This document shows, piece by piece, positions 16,571 through 26,263 of a DNA stretch of 64,000 bases. Under the pieces are notes generated by a model, which saw nothing but the letters and a program-made list of their open reading frames with translations, had not been told where the DNA came from and ran no database searches. Each line of letters begins with the position of its first letter. Within the stretch, counting starts at the first letter, position 1. This stretch comes from a virus (lineage: Duplodnaviria; Caudoviricetes), in IMG/VR virus record IMGVR_UViG_3300005573_000075, positions 1 to 64,000 of that record; one strand, given 5' to 3'. The position numbers and the translations under genes are program-made.

Positions 16571-18814
16571 ATGTCTGATATAACACCTGAAGAAAAATTT
16601 AATCGCCAAGCTAGTCGGATAAAAATGTCCGGAGTTTCTGGGCGTCTTCAAGATGGGTTTACAAAGCAAGCATTTAATCTAGATGTCTTATCATCGGGAT
16701 CTGCCAATGTTACTAAGCTGCCTATAACTTATGTAGATCCAATGTTTGACCCTGTTCTTTTGATGTTCCCAAAAGAAAATTTGAAGGAATTAAATCGACG
16801 ACTTAGGCATTATTATACCTTTCATCCTATAGTAAGAAATATAATAAATCTACATTCAACATTTCCATTTAGCGACGCGGATATTCGTTGTGAGGATAAA
16901 ACTATTGAAGCGTATTGGCAATATTTGGCGGATAAACTTGATATTAATTCGATGGTAAACCAAATGAGCCATGATTACGAATTATTGGGGGAATGCCATA
17001 TTCCTGGTACGAAAGTATTAATGGCGGATAAAACATTGAAAAATGTAGAGGAAATAAAAATTAAAGATGTAGTTATAGATGGAAGTGGTTCAAAGAGTGT
17101 AGTTAAATATAGAACATCTAAAACTGTTCATCAAGAAGATCTTATAGGGTTAAGCATAGATGATAAACATTATTCCTGGATGACTAAAGAACATCCTGTA
17201 ATGGTATTGAAAGCAAATTCTTATGTTTGGGATTTGAAAAAATTATTATTAAATAAAGTGTACACTCCTTCTTTTATTTCCGCGGGGGAAATAAAAGAAG
17301 GGGATGTGGTTTTATATCCTATTAGAGCTTTTGGGTATGGGAAACCTTTAAAAGCGCCAATAGCATTTATAGAAGATCAGAAGGGCATACAATATTTTGT
17401 ATATATAATCACTTCAATAAAATATTTGAATTATTCAGGAAAAGTATATAGTATGGAATTGGAGGGTAATGAAAATACCTATATAGTGGATAGAATGTTT
17501 ACTGTCCATAATAGTTTTCATATAGGTAATTTTGATAAGAATGAATTAGAATGGAGTTCATTTATTCAATATCCTCCTGAAAATATAGAGATACATAAAA
17601 CTTATGTAGGGAATGCGGTTAAATATACTATAAAGATGGATGAAGAATTGCAAAAACTAGTCAGTTCGAGTAAAAAAGAGGATAAAGAAGTATTAGCTCA
17701 ATTAGATTCTGACGTTTTAGAATCAATAACGTCAAAAACTCCATTTCAAGTAGATGCTGAAAGAGTGATTCATTATAGTAATAAACCATCCGCATATTTA
17801 ACAAGAGGGGAATCCCCTTTAAAGGCCGCATTAAAATATTTATTATTAGAAGATAGATTATATATGTTAGCAATGACAATTGTTGATAGGCATACATTTC
17901 CTATTAAGTTATGGAAATTAGGATCAAAGGAAAAATTATGGATGCCACCTAAAAAACATTTTGATCAATTAAAAGAGCAAATAGCGGCAATGGCAGGCGA
18001 TCCTGATTATAATCTTATTTATCACGCGTTTTTAGACTTAGATATAAAAACTACTTCAACTCAGCATGAAGATATTGTAAAATGGTTTGATTGGACCCAG
18101 AAGAGGATTTTGATAGCTTTAGCGGCTAATGAGAATATGTTTGCAGAAGCAAATCCATATGCGAAGGATGCAGTAAGTATTAAACTTATAATGCACAGAT
18201 ATATGATACAACGTGCTACGGTATCTAGATTATTGAAGTATAAAGTATGGTTGCCTGTAGCTATAAAGAGAGAATTGATAAGAAAAAATCCTTCAGAAGT
18301 AAATACTGGGATAATAGATGATAAATTAAATATATCTAAATATAAAAGATATGTATTACCACAATTGTTGTGGCAACCAAATAATTTGGTTAATAACATG
18401 GCCGAAAAAGAATTTCTGTATAAACTAAGAAAAGATGGGGAGTTGCCAGCTTCTTTAATATATGATGTGTTGGGTGTAGATACGGATAAGGTTAGAGATA
18501 TGCTTGATAGAGAAGAAGGAACAATATTAGATCCTAATGTCAAGCAAGCTAAAAAAGATTCTATAAAAGATGATTCAATAAGAATAGGGATTATAGAGGG
18601 TAAAAAAATAAAAGAAGCTGTAAAAATAAAAGAGGATAAAGATAAAGAAAAAGAGGATAAAAAAGGGCCTGGGAGACCGCCATTACCTGAGGGAGAAAAA
18701 ACTGAGCGGGAACATGCTATGATACCTAATGAGATAGTGCCGCCGAGGGAAAAATTGACTGAAAAGGAAGAATTGCCCGCTCCAAAGGGGGAAGAACTTC
18801 CACCTTTGGAATAA
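16571..18814 (+). CDS. portal protein containing a mini-intein
   Basis: Between terminase and prohead protease; portal-like segments HPIVRNIINLHS, YELLGE/SF, IHYSNKPSAYLTRGESPL; charged C-terminal tail. Confidence 0.8.
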   Translation: MSDITPEEKFNRQASRIKMSGVSGRLQDGFTKQAFNLDVLSSGSANVTKLPITYVDPMFDPVLLMFPKENLKELNRRLRHYYTFHPIVRNIINLHSTFPFSDADIRCEDKTIEAYWQYLADKLDINSMVNQMSHDYELLGECHIPGTKVLMADKTLKNVEEIKIKDVVIDGSGSKSVVKYRTSKTVHQEDLIGLSIDDKHYSWMTKEHPVMVLKANSYVWDLKKLLLNKVYTPSFISAGEIKEGDVVLYPIRAFGYGKPLKAPIAFIEDQKGIQYFVYIITSIKYLNYSGKVYSMELEGNENTYIVDRMFTVHNSFHIGNFDKNELEWSSFIQYPPENIEIHKTYVGNAVKYTIKMDEELQKLVSSSKKEDKEVLAQLDSDVLESITSKTPFQVDAERVIHYSNKPSAYLTRGESPLKAALKYLLLEDRLYMLAMTIVDRHTFPIKLWKLGSKEKLWMPPKKHFDQLKEQIAAMAGDPDYNLIYHAFLDLDIKTTSTQHEDIVKWFDWTQKRILIALAANENMFAEANPYAKDAVSIKLIMHRYMIQRATVSRLLKYKVWLPVAIKRELIRKNPSEVNTGIIDDKLNISKYKRYVLPQLLWQPNNLVNNMAEKEFLYKLRKDGELPASLIYDVLGVDTDKVRDMLDREEGTILDPNVKQAKKDSIKDDSIRIGIIEGKKIKEAVKIKEDKDKEKEDKKGPGRPPLPEGEKTEREHAMIPNEIVPPREKLTEKEELPAPKGEELPPLE
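16994..17512 (+). mobile_element. mini-intein (173 aa, no homing endonuclease)
   Basis: Block A CHIPGTKVLMAD, block B TKEHP, block F VYSMELEG, block G TVHN followed by +1 Ser. Confidence 0.92.
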
Positions 18815-18819
18815 AAAAA

Positions 18820-18844
18820 GTGACAATAAAGGGGATATATAATA
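18820..18844 (+). promoter_or_regulatory. conserved phage promoter motif
   Basis: GTGACAATAAAGGGGATATATAATA; ATG 4 nt after TATAAT. Confidence 0.8.
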
Positions 18845-18847
18845 AGG

Positions 18848-19042
18848 ATGGATAACTATTTCAAAACTTTAAGCGATAGGGTGGAATATCACAAGACTGC
18901 AATTGAAAGAGAAGTAACTAATTTGGTTAGTATTGGATATGACCACCCAGAAGTGGAACATTTGCTAATGGACACTATGGAAAAGATTTTTCAAACATTG
19001 AACGAATTGAAAGAGAAAATAGGAGAAAAAGATCATGTTTAA
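18848..19042 (+). CDS. hypothetical protein (64 aa)
   Basis: Directly follows the promoter motif. Confidence 0.6.
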   Translation: MDNYFKTLSDRVEYHKTAIEREVTNLVSIGYDHPEVEHLLMDTMEKIFQTLNELKEKIGEKDHV

Positions 19043-19202
19043 AAAATTTGGGGATGTAACAAAATTCACTATATTAAATAAATTCATTTGTGATAAGTGT
19101 AAAAAGGAAGTAAGTTCTTTGTTTCCAATAAAGAAAAAAGATGGTGCTGTTATGATGGTATGCAAAGAGTGCCAAAATAATTTAAAAAATAAAGAGGAGT
19201 GA
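19035..19202 (+). CDS. small zinc-finger protein (55 aa; not in the ORF track)
   Basis: MFKKFGDVTKFTILNKFICDKCKKEVSSLFPIKKKDGAVMMVCKECQNNLKNKEE; two CxxC; RBS AGGAG. Confidence 0.7.
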   Translation: MFKKFGDVTKFTILNKFICDKCKKEVSSLFPIKKKDGAVMMVCKECQNNLKNKEE

Positions 19203-19205
19203 CAG

Positions 19206-20468
19206 ATGTTTAAAAAATTTGGAATTTCAAATGTGATAGATGTCTATCAGACAAAAGAGGAAATTGATAATATTTCTAAAATATGGAAGAACATTATAGG
19301 ATATTCAAATACAGAAACCATAAAAATAAACGATAAAGAATTTCCTTTTTTACCTGACAGATTTTTATATTATAGGGCTAGAGCTATCACCGCTGATGCT
19401 GTGAACCAAAATGGGGATAGATTTCCTCATGAAGAAATAAAGAAAAGTTATAATACTTTTATTGGGAAAGGGGTATATTATAATCATAATAGTCAAGATC
19501 CTAATAATGCGTTTGGAATAATTTTGGACGCAGTATATACCCCTGTTATTTATGGGGATACATATGATGATAAATATGTAGAGATATTGGCAGCTATAGA
19601 CAAACAATTAATGAATGAGAAATATCCTCAATTATTAGATTATATTATATCAAAAAGAGTTACCGGTACCAGTATGGGAACATTAGCGGCAGAGGCAGTA
19701 TGCTCTGTATGCGGGAATAGAGCTACAAATTATAACAATTTATGCGTTCATATGCATCCTCAAAGCCCGTTATATTGTAAAGCTAAAAAGGTTTTTGGTA
19801 ATTTAGCGTATGAGGATAATTATGGGCTTACATTCATAGAAGATAGTATAGTATATGTTCCCGCGGACCAAACAGCGCATATATTGGAAATATATGCCAA
19901 CAAGAGTATAAAATCGGATTTTAAACCTTTAATAGATTTATTTAGTAAGTATTCTTCTATAATGAGTAATAAAGAAGTAAAATTAAAAGAATTCCCAATT
20001 AATATATATTCTGCGGAGGGAGGGAAAATGGATAAAGAACCTGAAAATCCTGAATCTAAACCGATACCAAAACCAAAAAGTAAAGATTCTGATTATACGG
20101 AAAGTTTAACTATAACTAAGCCTGAGATAGAAGATAGCACAGAAAAAATAATTGACAATAAGATACGTAGAATAATAGAGGAAGAACTTAGAAAATTGAT
20201 GGCGCCTATATTAACTAAAATAGATGAAATGATAAGACCGAAAGTTAAGATGGAGATTAGTAAAGAAGTTGATAAAGTGAAAGATAAAGTGGAGCAGGTT
20301 TTACAAACAAAGATAGAAACGCCTAAAGCGGAAGTTCCCGCTAAAACAGAAGTTCCACCTGCGGAAATAAAAGCAGCTAGCGTTGATTTTTCTAAATATT
20401 CTAGCGAGGAAAAAAAGAAATTAATATCAGTTATAGCATCTGGAGATAGTTGGACTTTTAAATTGTGA
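19206..20468 (+). CDS. prohead (capsid maturation) protease with scaffold-like C-terminus
   Basis: NQNGDRFPHEEI, YYNHN (His), GIILDA (Asp), TGTSMG (Ser), CSVCGN..CVH; located between portal and capsid genes. Confidence 0.85.
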   Translation: MFKKFGISNVIDVYQTKEEIDNISKIWKNIIGYSNTETIKINDKEFPFLPDRFLYYRARAITADAVNQNGDRFPHEEIKKSYNTFIGKGVYYNHNSQDPNNAFGIILDAVYTPVIYGDTYDDKYVEILAAIDKQLMNEKYPQLLDYIISKRVTGTSMGTLAAEAVCSVCGNRATNYNNLCVHMHPQSPLYCKAKKVFGNLAYEDNYGLTFIEDSIVYVPADQTAHILEIYANKSIKSDFKPLIDLFSKYSSIMSNKEVKLKEFPINIYSAEGGKMDKEPENPESKPIPKPKSKDSDYTESLTITKPEIEDSTEKIIDNKIRRIIEEELRKLMAPILTKIDEMIRPKVKMEISKEVDKVKDKVEQVLQTKIETPKAEVPAKTEVPPAEIKAASVDFSKYSSEEKKKLISVIASGDSWTFKL

Positions 20469-20475
20469 GGAAATA

Positions 20476-21735
20476 ATGGACCCGTTTAAGAAAATGGATG
20501 TTAAAGAAACAGAACCAAAAACTGTTGAATATCTAAAAAAGTATAAGGAAGAATTGCAGGATAAAAAAGAAGAAATTGAACAGGAACAAAAAGAAATTGA
20601 TAAATTATTGTCAAAAAATATAAAAATGGAGGATAACATGTTACCACAAAAGAATATCATGACATCAAAAGAAACTCCATCTTTACCTGAAGAAAAGAAA
20701 GAGGAAAAACCTGTTGAAGTAAAAACAATAGAAACTCCAACAGAGGAAGAAAAAGAGGGAGAAAAACCCATTGAAGCCTCTTTTAAAATAAGGTTTAAAG
20801 AAGGAGAGACTTTAGATAAGAGCTATTTCATTGCCGATGATGGTAAAGAATTATTTACCGTTAGCGCTAGTGAAATACTTCCTTTAGATGTCATAGAGAG
20901 AATCAAGATAGGTAAGAAAGATGAAGTTATTACCCCGGAAGAGTTAATATTCCAGTTAAAGGAAAATGGGGTAAACTCTATGCTTACCTTTAAGAATGCT
21001 GTGATACAGCTAAAAGAAGCGGCATTAAAAAGGACAGCTGGTGTTGAACCGCTTATGTCTATGAATGAGTCCGAAATCCAAAAACCTAAGGAAAAGGATC
21101 AAGAACTTTTAATGTCAATGAAGAGTGATGAAGTAAAATCGGCTGAAAAATACCATCCGCTTCCTTCACAAATGAAATCTAAAGTGAAACAGTATTATGG
21201 TCGATTGCCTAGCGGTGGAGGTGGGGAGATAGAGCAATCTCTTAATCCACAATCTAGCCTTATGGCCCAAGTAGAATTACTGAGGACAGCTCTTGAAGAA
21301 CAGCAAAAAGAAGCTGATAAAATGAAAGAAGAATTGTCTAAAGTTAAAAAGGAAAAAGAAGGGCTAGAGCAGGAGAAGGCTGTAGATACTAAATCTAAGG
21401 TGCTAGATGGTATTATAAAAGATTTGGAATCTAAAAAGCTAATCGCTAAAGAGCAAGAGGATAAAGTTATAGATATACTTTCTAAAATAGATGATAAAGT
21501 ACTTCCTCATATAGCTTCTTTAGTCAAAGAATTTAAAGGGGCTTTGGAAAAAGGTAAACCAGAAGAAATGGGAATGGGTATTGGAATGGAGGAACCTAAA
21601 AAATTGATAGGTAAACCTTCAGAATTAGGCGCAAAGGCTTCAGCTAAAGTGCCGCCCATTTTTATAAGTGGGAATACCAAAATTGAAAGCCCGGATGAGT
21701 TTCTGGCAAAAAACTGGAATAAGCCGGTAAAGTAA
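20476..21735 (+). CDS. capsid scaffolding-like protein
   Basis: E/K/P-rich with a C-terminal coiled coil; positional. Confidence 0.6.
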   Translation: MDPFKKMDVKETEPKTVEYLKKYKEELQDKKEEIEQEQKEIDKLLSKNIKMEDNMLPQKNIMTSKETPSLPEEKKEEKPVEVKTIETPTEEEKEGEKPIEASFKIRFKEGETLDKSYFIADDGKELFTVSASEILPLDVIERIKIGKKDEVITPEELIFQLKENGVNSMLTFKNAVIQLKEAALKRTAGVEPLMSMNESEIQKPKEKDQELLMSMKSDEVKSAEKYHPLPSQMKSKVKQYYGRLPSGGGGEIEQSLNPQSSLMAQVELLRTALEEQQKEADKMKEELSKVKKEKEGLEQEKAVDTKSKVLDGIIKDLESKKLIAKEQEDKVIDILSKIDDKVLPHIASLVKEFKGALEKGKPEEMGMGIGMEEPKKLIGKPSELGAKASAKVPPIFISGNTKIESPDEFLAKNWNKPVK

Positions 21736-21755
21736 TTTAAAAGGAGGATAAAATT

Positions 21756-22301
21756 ATGCAGACAATAGGTGTTTTTGGAAAAGCAATAGGAATAAATCTT
21801 GATGCCTTGGTCCTTATGGATGGCACAAAGAAGGTTGTTAGCAGCGATATAAGTATTATAGGTGGCAGTCCGCTTGCCCTTATCTCAAAAGATGGGGAGG
21901 CAGTGATTGTTTCTTATAAATATTTAGCTGATAATTCGCTATCAACTAATGTTAAACCGTATGGATTAGCTGTTTTCGTAAAGAACCAGTATGAGAATGA
22001 GACTTATTCTCTTACGGGTCTTTATGGATCTGGAAAAGGAACAGCTGCGGTAATGGGAAGATTCACTCTTGGAGCCAATACTTTTATTGTGTCTGGCAAT
22101 ACAGTTAAAATGTTTGCCTTTGATACATCAAAAACGTATACTCCTGGAGAAGATCTTTATATAGACCTTACTACAGGTGATAAATTTGGCTTAATAACCA
22201 ATGTAGTAACCCCTAACGTGAACGATGGTACTAAATTTGGGAAAGTGTTAGCTTTCTATCCAAATTCATTAGCTCCGTCACTCGAAATAATGGTTGGTTA
22301 A
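21756..22301 (+). CDS. head decoration/cement-like protein
   Basis: Small G/T/V-rich beta protein directly before the capsid gene. Confidence 0.55.
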   Translation: MQTIGVFGKAIGINLDALVLMDGTKKVVSSDISIIGGSPLALISKDGEAVIVSYKYLADNSLSTNVKPYGLAVFVKNQYENETYSLTGLYGSGKGTAAVMGRFTLGANTFIVSGNTVKMFAFDTSKTYTPGEDLYIDLTTGDKFGLITNVVTPNVNDGTKFGKVLAFYPNSLAPSLEIMVG

Positions 22302-22306
22302 GCTTT

Positions 22307-22350
22307 TAAATTCCCGGGGGTGTAATTCCCCCGGGAATTTACAGATTTAA
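22307..22350 (+). terminator. intrinsic terminator-like hairpin
   Basis: TAAATTCCCGGGGG-TGTAATT-CCCCCGGGAATTTA with a T-rich tail shortly after. Confidence 0.7.
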
Positions 22351-22459
22351 ATTTTTTTTGAATTTTTGGTCTCTAACATGTTAGAAATACAAAATTAATA
22401 GAACGAGATAATTTGAAGAGAGTTCTTCACCCCAGCAATGGTCCATAAAGGTATATATT

Positions 22460-23488
22460 ATGGATTTTAATCAAGTATGGAGTTATAGTAAGTCTGAATC
22501 TTGCCCGAATGTAGTGGGTTACGCGAAAGAAAGAGGAGCTAGAGCGCTTTTAGAAATGGATAAATTTGTAAAAGAAGCTTCTACCCTTTCTGAAGTTCCT
22601 TCAATAGAACAGAAGGAAGCTGCATTTGAGCAGATATACAGAAATCCGGGTCAGAATTTTCAGAGGATGGCTTTCACACTGCAGACTCCTATCAAAGATA
22701 GGAATGACTATGTTGCGGTTGGAAGAAAACTTCTGTTGACTGACGAGTTGCCGGTTGGTGAAATACCTGCCTACGACTTGGATATCCCGGAATATCCGGC
22801 TGTAATTATAGGCGCTAGAGCTAATAGTCCTTTGGTTGAATCTAATATCCAGAGGGTCACGGTTCCTACTTTCTCGATATCTATCACTACGTCAGTATTG
22901 TATGAAGATATCACGACCAGAAGATATCCCGCTTTTGACCGTGCGAAAGAACGTGCGGCAATAGCTATGGCTATTGCGGAAGATAATCAGGTATTTACGA
23001 TACTTGATGAAGCTGCAAATGCCGGTATTAATGCGGTTTATCCTAAAGCTACTGGTGGAGTTGAAAGAGGGGAATTAGCGAAAGTGCAGGGATTAATGTT
23101 AGCTAATCAGCTAGCTCCTGGTGCATGGTTAATGAATCCTGTGAGATATGGCGACATACTCACTTGGAGTACTGCTGAATTGGATCAGGTTTCTTTGAAC
23201 GTTATAGTGGAAACTGGCCAGTTTGGTGTTATCCATGGAACGAGGTTAATAACCTCTACCAGAGTGAATCCTAGAAAAGCATATCTTTGCACCACGCCGG
23301 ATAAGCTTGGCAGAATTCCTGAGAGAAAATCTGTGGAAGTCAAAGTTGTCGATTGGCCGAAAGATACCAGATGGTATATCACCGCTTGGGAACAGTTAGG
23401 TTTTGCAATACTTAACACCGCCGGTGTTATAGCTATTGATTATCAGGATGCTAATTTGACACTGCCTTCTAGATTCCCACTCTCGTAA
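22460..23488 (+). CDS. major capsid protein (HK97 fold)
   Basis: 342 aa, high-expression codon bias; RKLLLTDELPVGEIPAYD, FDRAKERAAIAMAIAEDNQVF, WLMNP, WEQLGFAILN. Confidence 0.88.
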   Translation: MDFNQVWSYSKSESCPNVVGYAKERGARALLEMDKFVKEASTLSEVPSIEQKEAAFEQIYRNPGQNFQRMAFTLQTPIKDRNDYVAVGRKLLLTDELPVGEIPAYDLDIPEYPAVIIGARANSPLVESNIQRVTVPTFSISITTSVLYEDITTRRYPAFDRAKERAAIAMAIAEDNQVFTILDEAANAGINAVYPKATGGVERGELAKVQGLMLANQLAPGAWLMNPVRYGDILTWSTAELDQVSLNVIVETGQFGVIHGTRLITSTRVNPRKAYLCTTPDKLGRIPERKSVEVKVVDWPKDTRWYITAWEQLGFAILNTAGVIAIDYQDANLTLPSRFPLS

Positions 23489-23507
23489 TCTAGGAGTTTT
23501 TTAACTT

Positions 23508-23542
23508 AAATTGGGGAGGTAGTTAATACCTCCCCAATTTTT
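23508..23542 (+). terminator. intrinsic terminator after the capsid gene
   Basis: AAATTGGGGAGGTA-GTTAA-TACCTCCCCAATTT-TT. Confidence 0.85.
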
Positions 23543-23560
23543 GAATTTGAAGGAGAAAAG

Positions 23561-23926
23561 ATGGCAACATATAAATATGATTCCTATAACAAATTGCATT
23601 GGTTACTAGGCAGCGATAAGTACGCTACAGAAGTAGCTAAGCAGAAATTTGAAGAGGAATTAAAAATTGGGATAGAAAAGGAGAAGGAATATTGTAAAAA
23701 GCATAATTTACCTATCTCAATGAATAAAGAAAAGCATACCCATGTATTAAATCTACTAGGAAGATGTGCTAATTTTTATGAAGTTGAAGCATTAGCTAGA
23801 TTTATATATGATGATAATCGCATCCCGGAGTATGAAGAAATAAAAAAACGGGGTTCTTTCCTAAAAAGTATTATTCCTGTAAAAGATATTTTAAGCAAGC
23901 ATAAAAACCCAAGACGAAGTTTTTGA
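23561..23926 (+). CDS. hypothetical protein (121 aa)
   Basis: RBS AAGGAG. Confidence 0.65.
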   Translation: MATYKYDSYNKLHWLLGSDKYATEVAKQKFEEELKIGIEKEKEYCKKHNLPISMNKEKHTHVLNLLGRCANFYEVEALARFIYDDNRIPEYEEIKKRGSFLKSIIPVKDILSKHKNPRRSF

Positions 23927-23937
23927 AGGGAGGGGAA

Positions 23938-24537
23938 ATGAAATATATTAATAAATCTGGCTTGAAAATATATAGTGAAACATACCAAAAAGTAATATTG
24001 CCAAATGAAGAAATAGAAATAAAAGAGGATAATTTAGGAGATTTAGCAGATGCAGTGCGCCAAAATTATTTAATTAAAGTTTTACAGAATCAATCACAAA
24101 CTAATCCACAATCTACTTCAGGGAAGAAAAAAATAAAAATGATAGTTAAACCATATACAAACCCTGGTAAGCAGACTCTAATTGAAGCGTATGAAAATAA
24201 AGGTGGGGTTAGAGATGCTTTATTTCATACAAGAGTTATTATAGGAAACAGGGAACCTATTTTAGATAATCCAAACGATGATCCTTCCATAAGTGAGGTA
24301 GAAGCAAAAAAATTGTTAAATTCCATAAAAAAAATGGAAGAAGGTTATATTGATGAAGAAGTATGGCGAATAAAAAATACTATGGAAAAGAGGGAATTTA
24401 TTGTAAATGCTAATCAAGAGCAATTAAATACAATAAAAAAATTTGAAGCTAGCCCTTTTTTATTAAATTTAATATATGGTAGGGAAGAACAATTGCGGTT
24501 AACTCAGGAGATAAAAAATGACGACGATAACAAATGA
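23938..24537 (+). CDS. hypothetical head-associated protein (start revised to 23938)
   Basis: GGAGGGG precedes ATG 23938. Confidence 0.65.
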   Translation: MKYINKSGLKIYSETYQKVILPNEEIEIKEDNLGDLADAVRQNYLIKVLQNQSQTNPQSTSGKKKIKMIVKPYTNPGKQTLIEAYENKGGVRDALFHTRVIIGNREPILDNPNDDPSISEVEAKKLLNSIKKMEEGYIDEEVWRIKNTMEKREFIVNANQEQLNTIKKFEASPFLLNLIYGREEQLRLTQEIKNDDDNK

Positions 24538-25015
24538 AAAACTAAGAATAAGGGTATATCATAGGACAGTGGAAGACATTATAATTTTATGGTCATTTAA
24601 ATATTTAGATGATGACCAAAAAAATAATATCCAAATATTTTTAAATGGTTCACCGGTGAAATGCGCTGTTACTTATAATGATAAAAGTAAAAAAGATATA
24701 GAAGATTCCACAGTTGTATGCGTGATTGATCATAAACTTAATAATATTTCCGCATATAAATCATATACATTTGATATTATATTAGGTGAAAAAAATGTAA
24801 TTAATATAAAACTTAATGTTTTAGAATACGGCAGTTTACCCGCATACGATAAAGATAATAAAAAATCCAGAGTACATTTGATGGGATATGATAATAAAGA
24901 AAAACAATGGGGACGAGTTAATACTATAAAAAAAGGTGAGATTAATACTTTCCCTGTGGTTATACTTAATGTAGACGAACTTGCAGATAAGATAGTCGAA
25001 AAATTGAAAAAATAA
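24518..25015 (+). CDS. hypothetical protein (165 aa)
   Basis: RBS AGGAG, overlap-coupled. Confidence 0.65.
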   Translation: MTTITNEKLRIRVYHRTVEDIIILWSFKYLDDDQKNNIQIFLNGSPVKCAVTYNDKSKKDIEDSTVVCVIDHKLNNISAYKSYTFDIILGEKNVINIKLNVLEYGSLPAYDKDNKKSRVHLMGYDNKEKQWGRVNTIKKGEINTFPVVILNVDELADKIVEKLKK

Positions 25016-25025
25016 TGTCCCAAAA

Positions 25026-26108
25026 ATGGTGATTAAAAATAAAAACAATGAATTAGCTAAGTTGGTTCAAGATTGGAAAAATCAGCATGAAATGTATTCT
25101 TATACATTAGAAGATTTTGTAGAGGAATACAAAGGGGATAATTTTTTTTTAACTTATAAAGTTGATGGTGAATTAACAGGGTTTCATTATAAAAATGGGA
25201 AGACTATTCTTTCTACTAAAAGTGGGATATTAAAAACTGATTTTATAATATCTAAAGAATTAGAAAAATTATTAGCTGATTATACAGAAGTTATAGGTAT
25301 AGGGGAATTATACGCTGTTGATGAAAACGGTAAAATGCTACCTTATACTAAATCAGCTTCTATTATAAGAAAACCTTCCCCTGAAACTGAGAATCAATTG
25401 CGATATTTAATTTTTGATATATTTTCTATTAATGGAAAAAAAATAAAAGATACCGTTGAAAATAAAGTTGATACAATAAATAATATTTTTAAAAATTCAA
25501 TCTATATCCAACCATTAAAATTTAAAGAATCAAATATAGACGATTTAGAAAAAGAATGGGAAAAGGTAGAACAAGGCACATATGAAGGTTTTGTAATTAT
25601 AGATAAGGATAATAATTATATTAAAATAAAGCCGATTCTTACATTTGATTTAGCGGTTATTTTTGTAGAAATAAGCAATACACATCCTGATATGATGGGT
25701 GCGCTGGGGTTAGCTTTTAAGGATAAAAACGATAACTTTTATTTTGCGGGGAAAGTGGGTACCGGATTTTCTCAAAAAGATAGAATACAATGGTTAAATA
25801 TTGCAAAAAAAGATAAAATAAAACAAGAAGATAGTATTATATGGATATATCCTTCTTATGTAGTAGAAGTGGAAAGTATGGGTATTAATTCAAGAGAAAC
25901 AGAAGTATATGATACAGGTTTGAATTTTATTAAAAAGGATATAGGATATATATTAAGGCAGCCAAGATTTAAACAAATTAGAGAAGATAAATCACCTTTA
26001 AATAAAGAAGATGTAAGAATTTCACAAGTACCAGGGTATAAATATAGTACATTAAAATCTACTTTAATTAAAAATTCTTTTTGGATAAAATATTCAAAAG
26101 AAAGATGA
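25026..26108 (+). CDS. ATP-dependent DNA ligase (LigD/LigC-like ligase plus OB domain)
   Basis: Motifs I TYKVDGE, III GELYA, IIIa YLIFDI, IV EGFVI, V IKIKP, OB-domain GKVGTGFS, VI LRQPRFKQIREDK. Confidence 0.95.
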   Translation: MVIKNKNNELAKLVQDWKNQHEMYSYTLEDFVEEYKGDNFFLTYKVDGELTGFHYKNGKTILSTKSGILKTDFIISKELEKLLADYTEVIGIGELYAVDENGKMLPYTKSASIIRKPSPETENQLRYLIFDIFSINGKKIKDTVENKVDTINNIFKNSIYIQPLKFKESNIDDLEKEWEKVEQGTYEGFVIIDKDNNYIKIKPILTFDLAVIFVEISNTHPDMMGALGLAFKDKNDNFYFAGKVGTGFSQKDRIQWLNIAKKDKIKQEDSIIWIYPSYVVEVESMGINSRETEVYDTGLNFIKKDIGYILRQPRFKQIREDKSPLNKEDVRISQVPGYKYSTLKSTLIKNSFWIKYSKER

Positions 26109-26235
26109 TTTTTAATAGATGAAAATACTGCTATTTTAATAAAGAATAAAGGTGTAAATATTCCTTATAATTATAAATTAAACTCCTTCTAAAACCCACG
26201 GTTTTAACCGTGGGATACAGAAGGGTAAAAAATAA

Positions 26236-26260
26236 ATGACAATGAAGGGTATATATAATA
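26236..26260 (+). promoter_or_regulatory. conserved phage promoter motif upstream of tnpB copy 2
   Basis: ATGACAATGAAGGGTATATATAATA; ATG 4 nt after TATAAT. Confidence 0.75.
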
Positions 26261-26263
26261 GAT

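Noticed and set aside
26106-26108. TGA recoding (alternative genetic code)
   Set aside because: Gene lengths are normal under the standard bacterial code, TGA often forms ATGA overlaps, and other TGA stops checked are followed by genes in different frames; only local read-through remains possible.
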